The notes under the pieces: model-generated
Told to the model about the DNA's origin: nothing
Seen by the model: the letters and a program-made list of their open reading frames with translations, nothing else
Databases searched by the model: none
Shown: piece after piece, positions 62,859 to 64,000 of the stretch
Layout of the letters: the number at the start of each line of letters is the position of its first letter
Position numbering within the stretch: position 1 is the stretch's first letter
NCBI GenBank assembly: GCA_950097015.1
Contig: CATNEN010000034.1
Coordinates: forward strand, 3,472,001-3,536,000
Reading direction: 5' to 3'
From: Macrostomum hystrix
Taxonomy: Eukaryota; Animalia; Platyhelminthes
Length of the DNA stretch: 64,000 bases
Program-made: the position numbers and the translations under genes

Positions 62859-63671
62859 CAAGGACCACTAGGAGTAGAAAGACGGAAAACTACGTTTCTT
62901 AGAAAAATATTGTAGGCTGGTTTTCGCAAAAAATACACTACAGAGATAGGAACTTTTTTTATATAACTTGCCCAACATGTTGCTCTACCGAATGTTATAA
63001 AGTTATGTACGTCACAATTTGATCCTCATATGGCTTTCTTTACTAAATAACCGATCATAAGCCTGAATTTAATACACTACAGACTAGTAAAATTAACCTG
63101 ACCTTATTCTTGTTTTCCTCTTGCAATACACTATTAATTAATTAATATATTAATTAGTATTACGTATCTGCTCCAAGCTTTAATAGAATTCCTCTTTTTT
63201 TTAATTTTATCTATTTATTTGTTGTTTACTTATTACAAATTTTTATTAAAAAATATTTTTTTCTCTCGAGACCTTAATTAAAAAAGCTTCATTTAGCTAA
63301 GCAATTAAAATGTAACTATGCTAGTAAAAAACGACAGCTGAAAAGTCAAAAGTTTGGCTCCTAAAGAATTAATGGCTAAAATCAATAACTACAAAAAAAT
63401 TATCAGATAATTGGATTTTTACAAGTAAAGAAAATCATATGAAGATCATATTGTAATGTACAAAACTTTATAAAATTCGGTAGAGGAAAAAGTTAGACTA
63501 GTTATATCATAAGAGCAGCTTTGTATCTGCTTCCTATCAAAAGCTGTCACCATTCAAATCCGAAAAATGTGAAAAATTTCCGATCTCCGTAGCGGATTTT
63601 TTTCGCGAAAACTAGCCTTCAATTTTTTAAAGAAACGTAGTTTCCCGTCCTTCTACTCCTAGTGGTCCTTG
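62859..63671. mobile_element. Non-autonomous DNA transposon with about 42-bp TIRs
   Basis: CAAGGACCACTAGGAGTAGAA(A/G)GACGG(A/G)AAACTACGTTTCTT inverted at both ends. TSD not resolved. Confidence 0.8.
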
Positions 63672-64000
63672 ATATTAAATAAAAATTATAATGTTTTTAT
63701 AATAATTATAATATAATTATAACTATTATATTATTATATTATTATGCTAGTAATATATAATTATATTTTTATATAATATATAATTATAATAATCTCAAAT
63801 CCGTGACTTACAACCCTAAAGTTCCAGAAATCAAAATAATTGTCATTTAACTATCGACACTACAAAAACGAAACCTTTTCGAATAAATGTCTCTAAAGCA
63901 CTGTACATCAAAGAATTTTACGCTACTTTTAGCCTAATCCCCATTGCTATCCAAATGTGCTTCCTGATTCCCTTCTAAAGCATATTTTCCCGTCTATCCC

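Overview
Eukaryotic, intron-rich genomic DNA with GC-rich exons and AT-rich or minisatellite-filled introns. It is very likely a flatworm, inferred from a flatworm-type EF-hand/dynein-light-chain 'tegument antigen-like' gene; the style resembles free-living Macrostomum, which cannot be confirmed here. Seven spliced host genes were rebuilt by hand from GT-AG junctions and reading phase: a large KY/hillarin-like transglutaminase-fold protein (5'-partial), a TAL protein, Miro (RHOT), a CYLD-like USP, a CPYC glutaredoxin, a C3orf84-like protein and INTS12. Mobile DNA comprises an intact Ingi/I-group APE-RT-RNase H LINE in a Miro intron, an internally deleted Helitron, a Merlin element, several hAT-type MITEs with 8-bp TSDs, two tRNA-derived SINE families and many intronic minisatellites. 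The top finding is at the exact 5' end of the LINE. The sequence folds as an HDV/CPEB3-like self-cleaving ribozyme whose P1 helix seems to be split by two inserted hairpins (a four-way junction). It overlaps the start codon and is followed by a 2A StopGo motif. Other notable items are two apparent pseudo-enzymes (CYLD-like with all three catalytic residues replaced; KY-like with a dynein MTBD-like tail) and minisatellites built from splice-site sequences. All coordinates were counted by hand. Boundaries of repeats and SINE copies are approximate.
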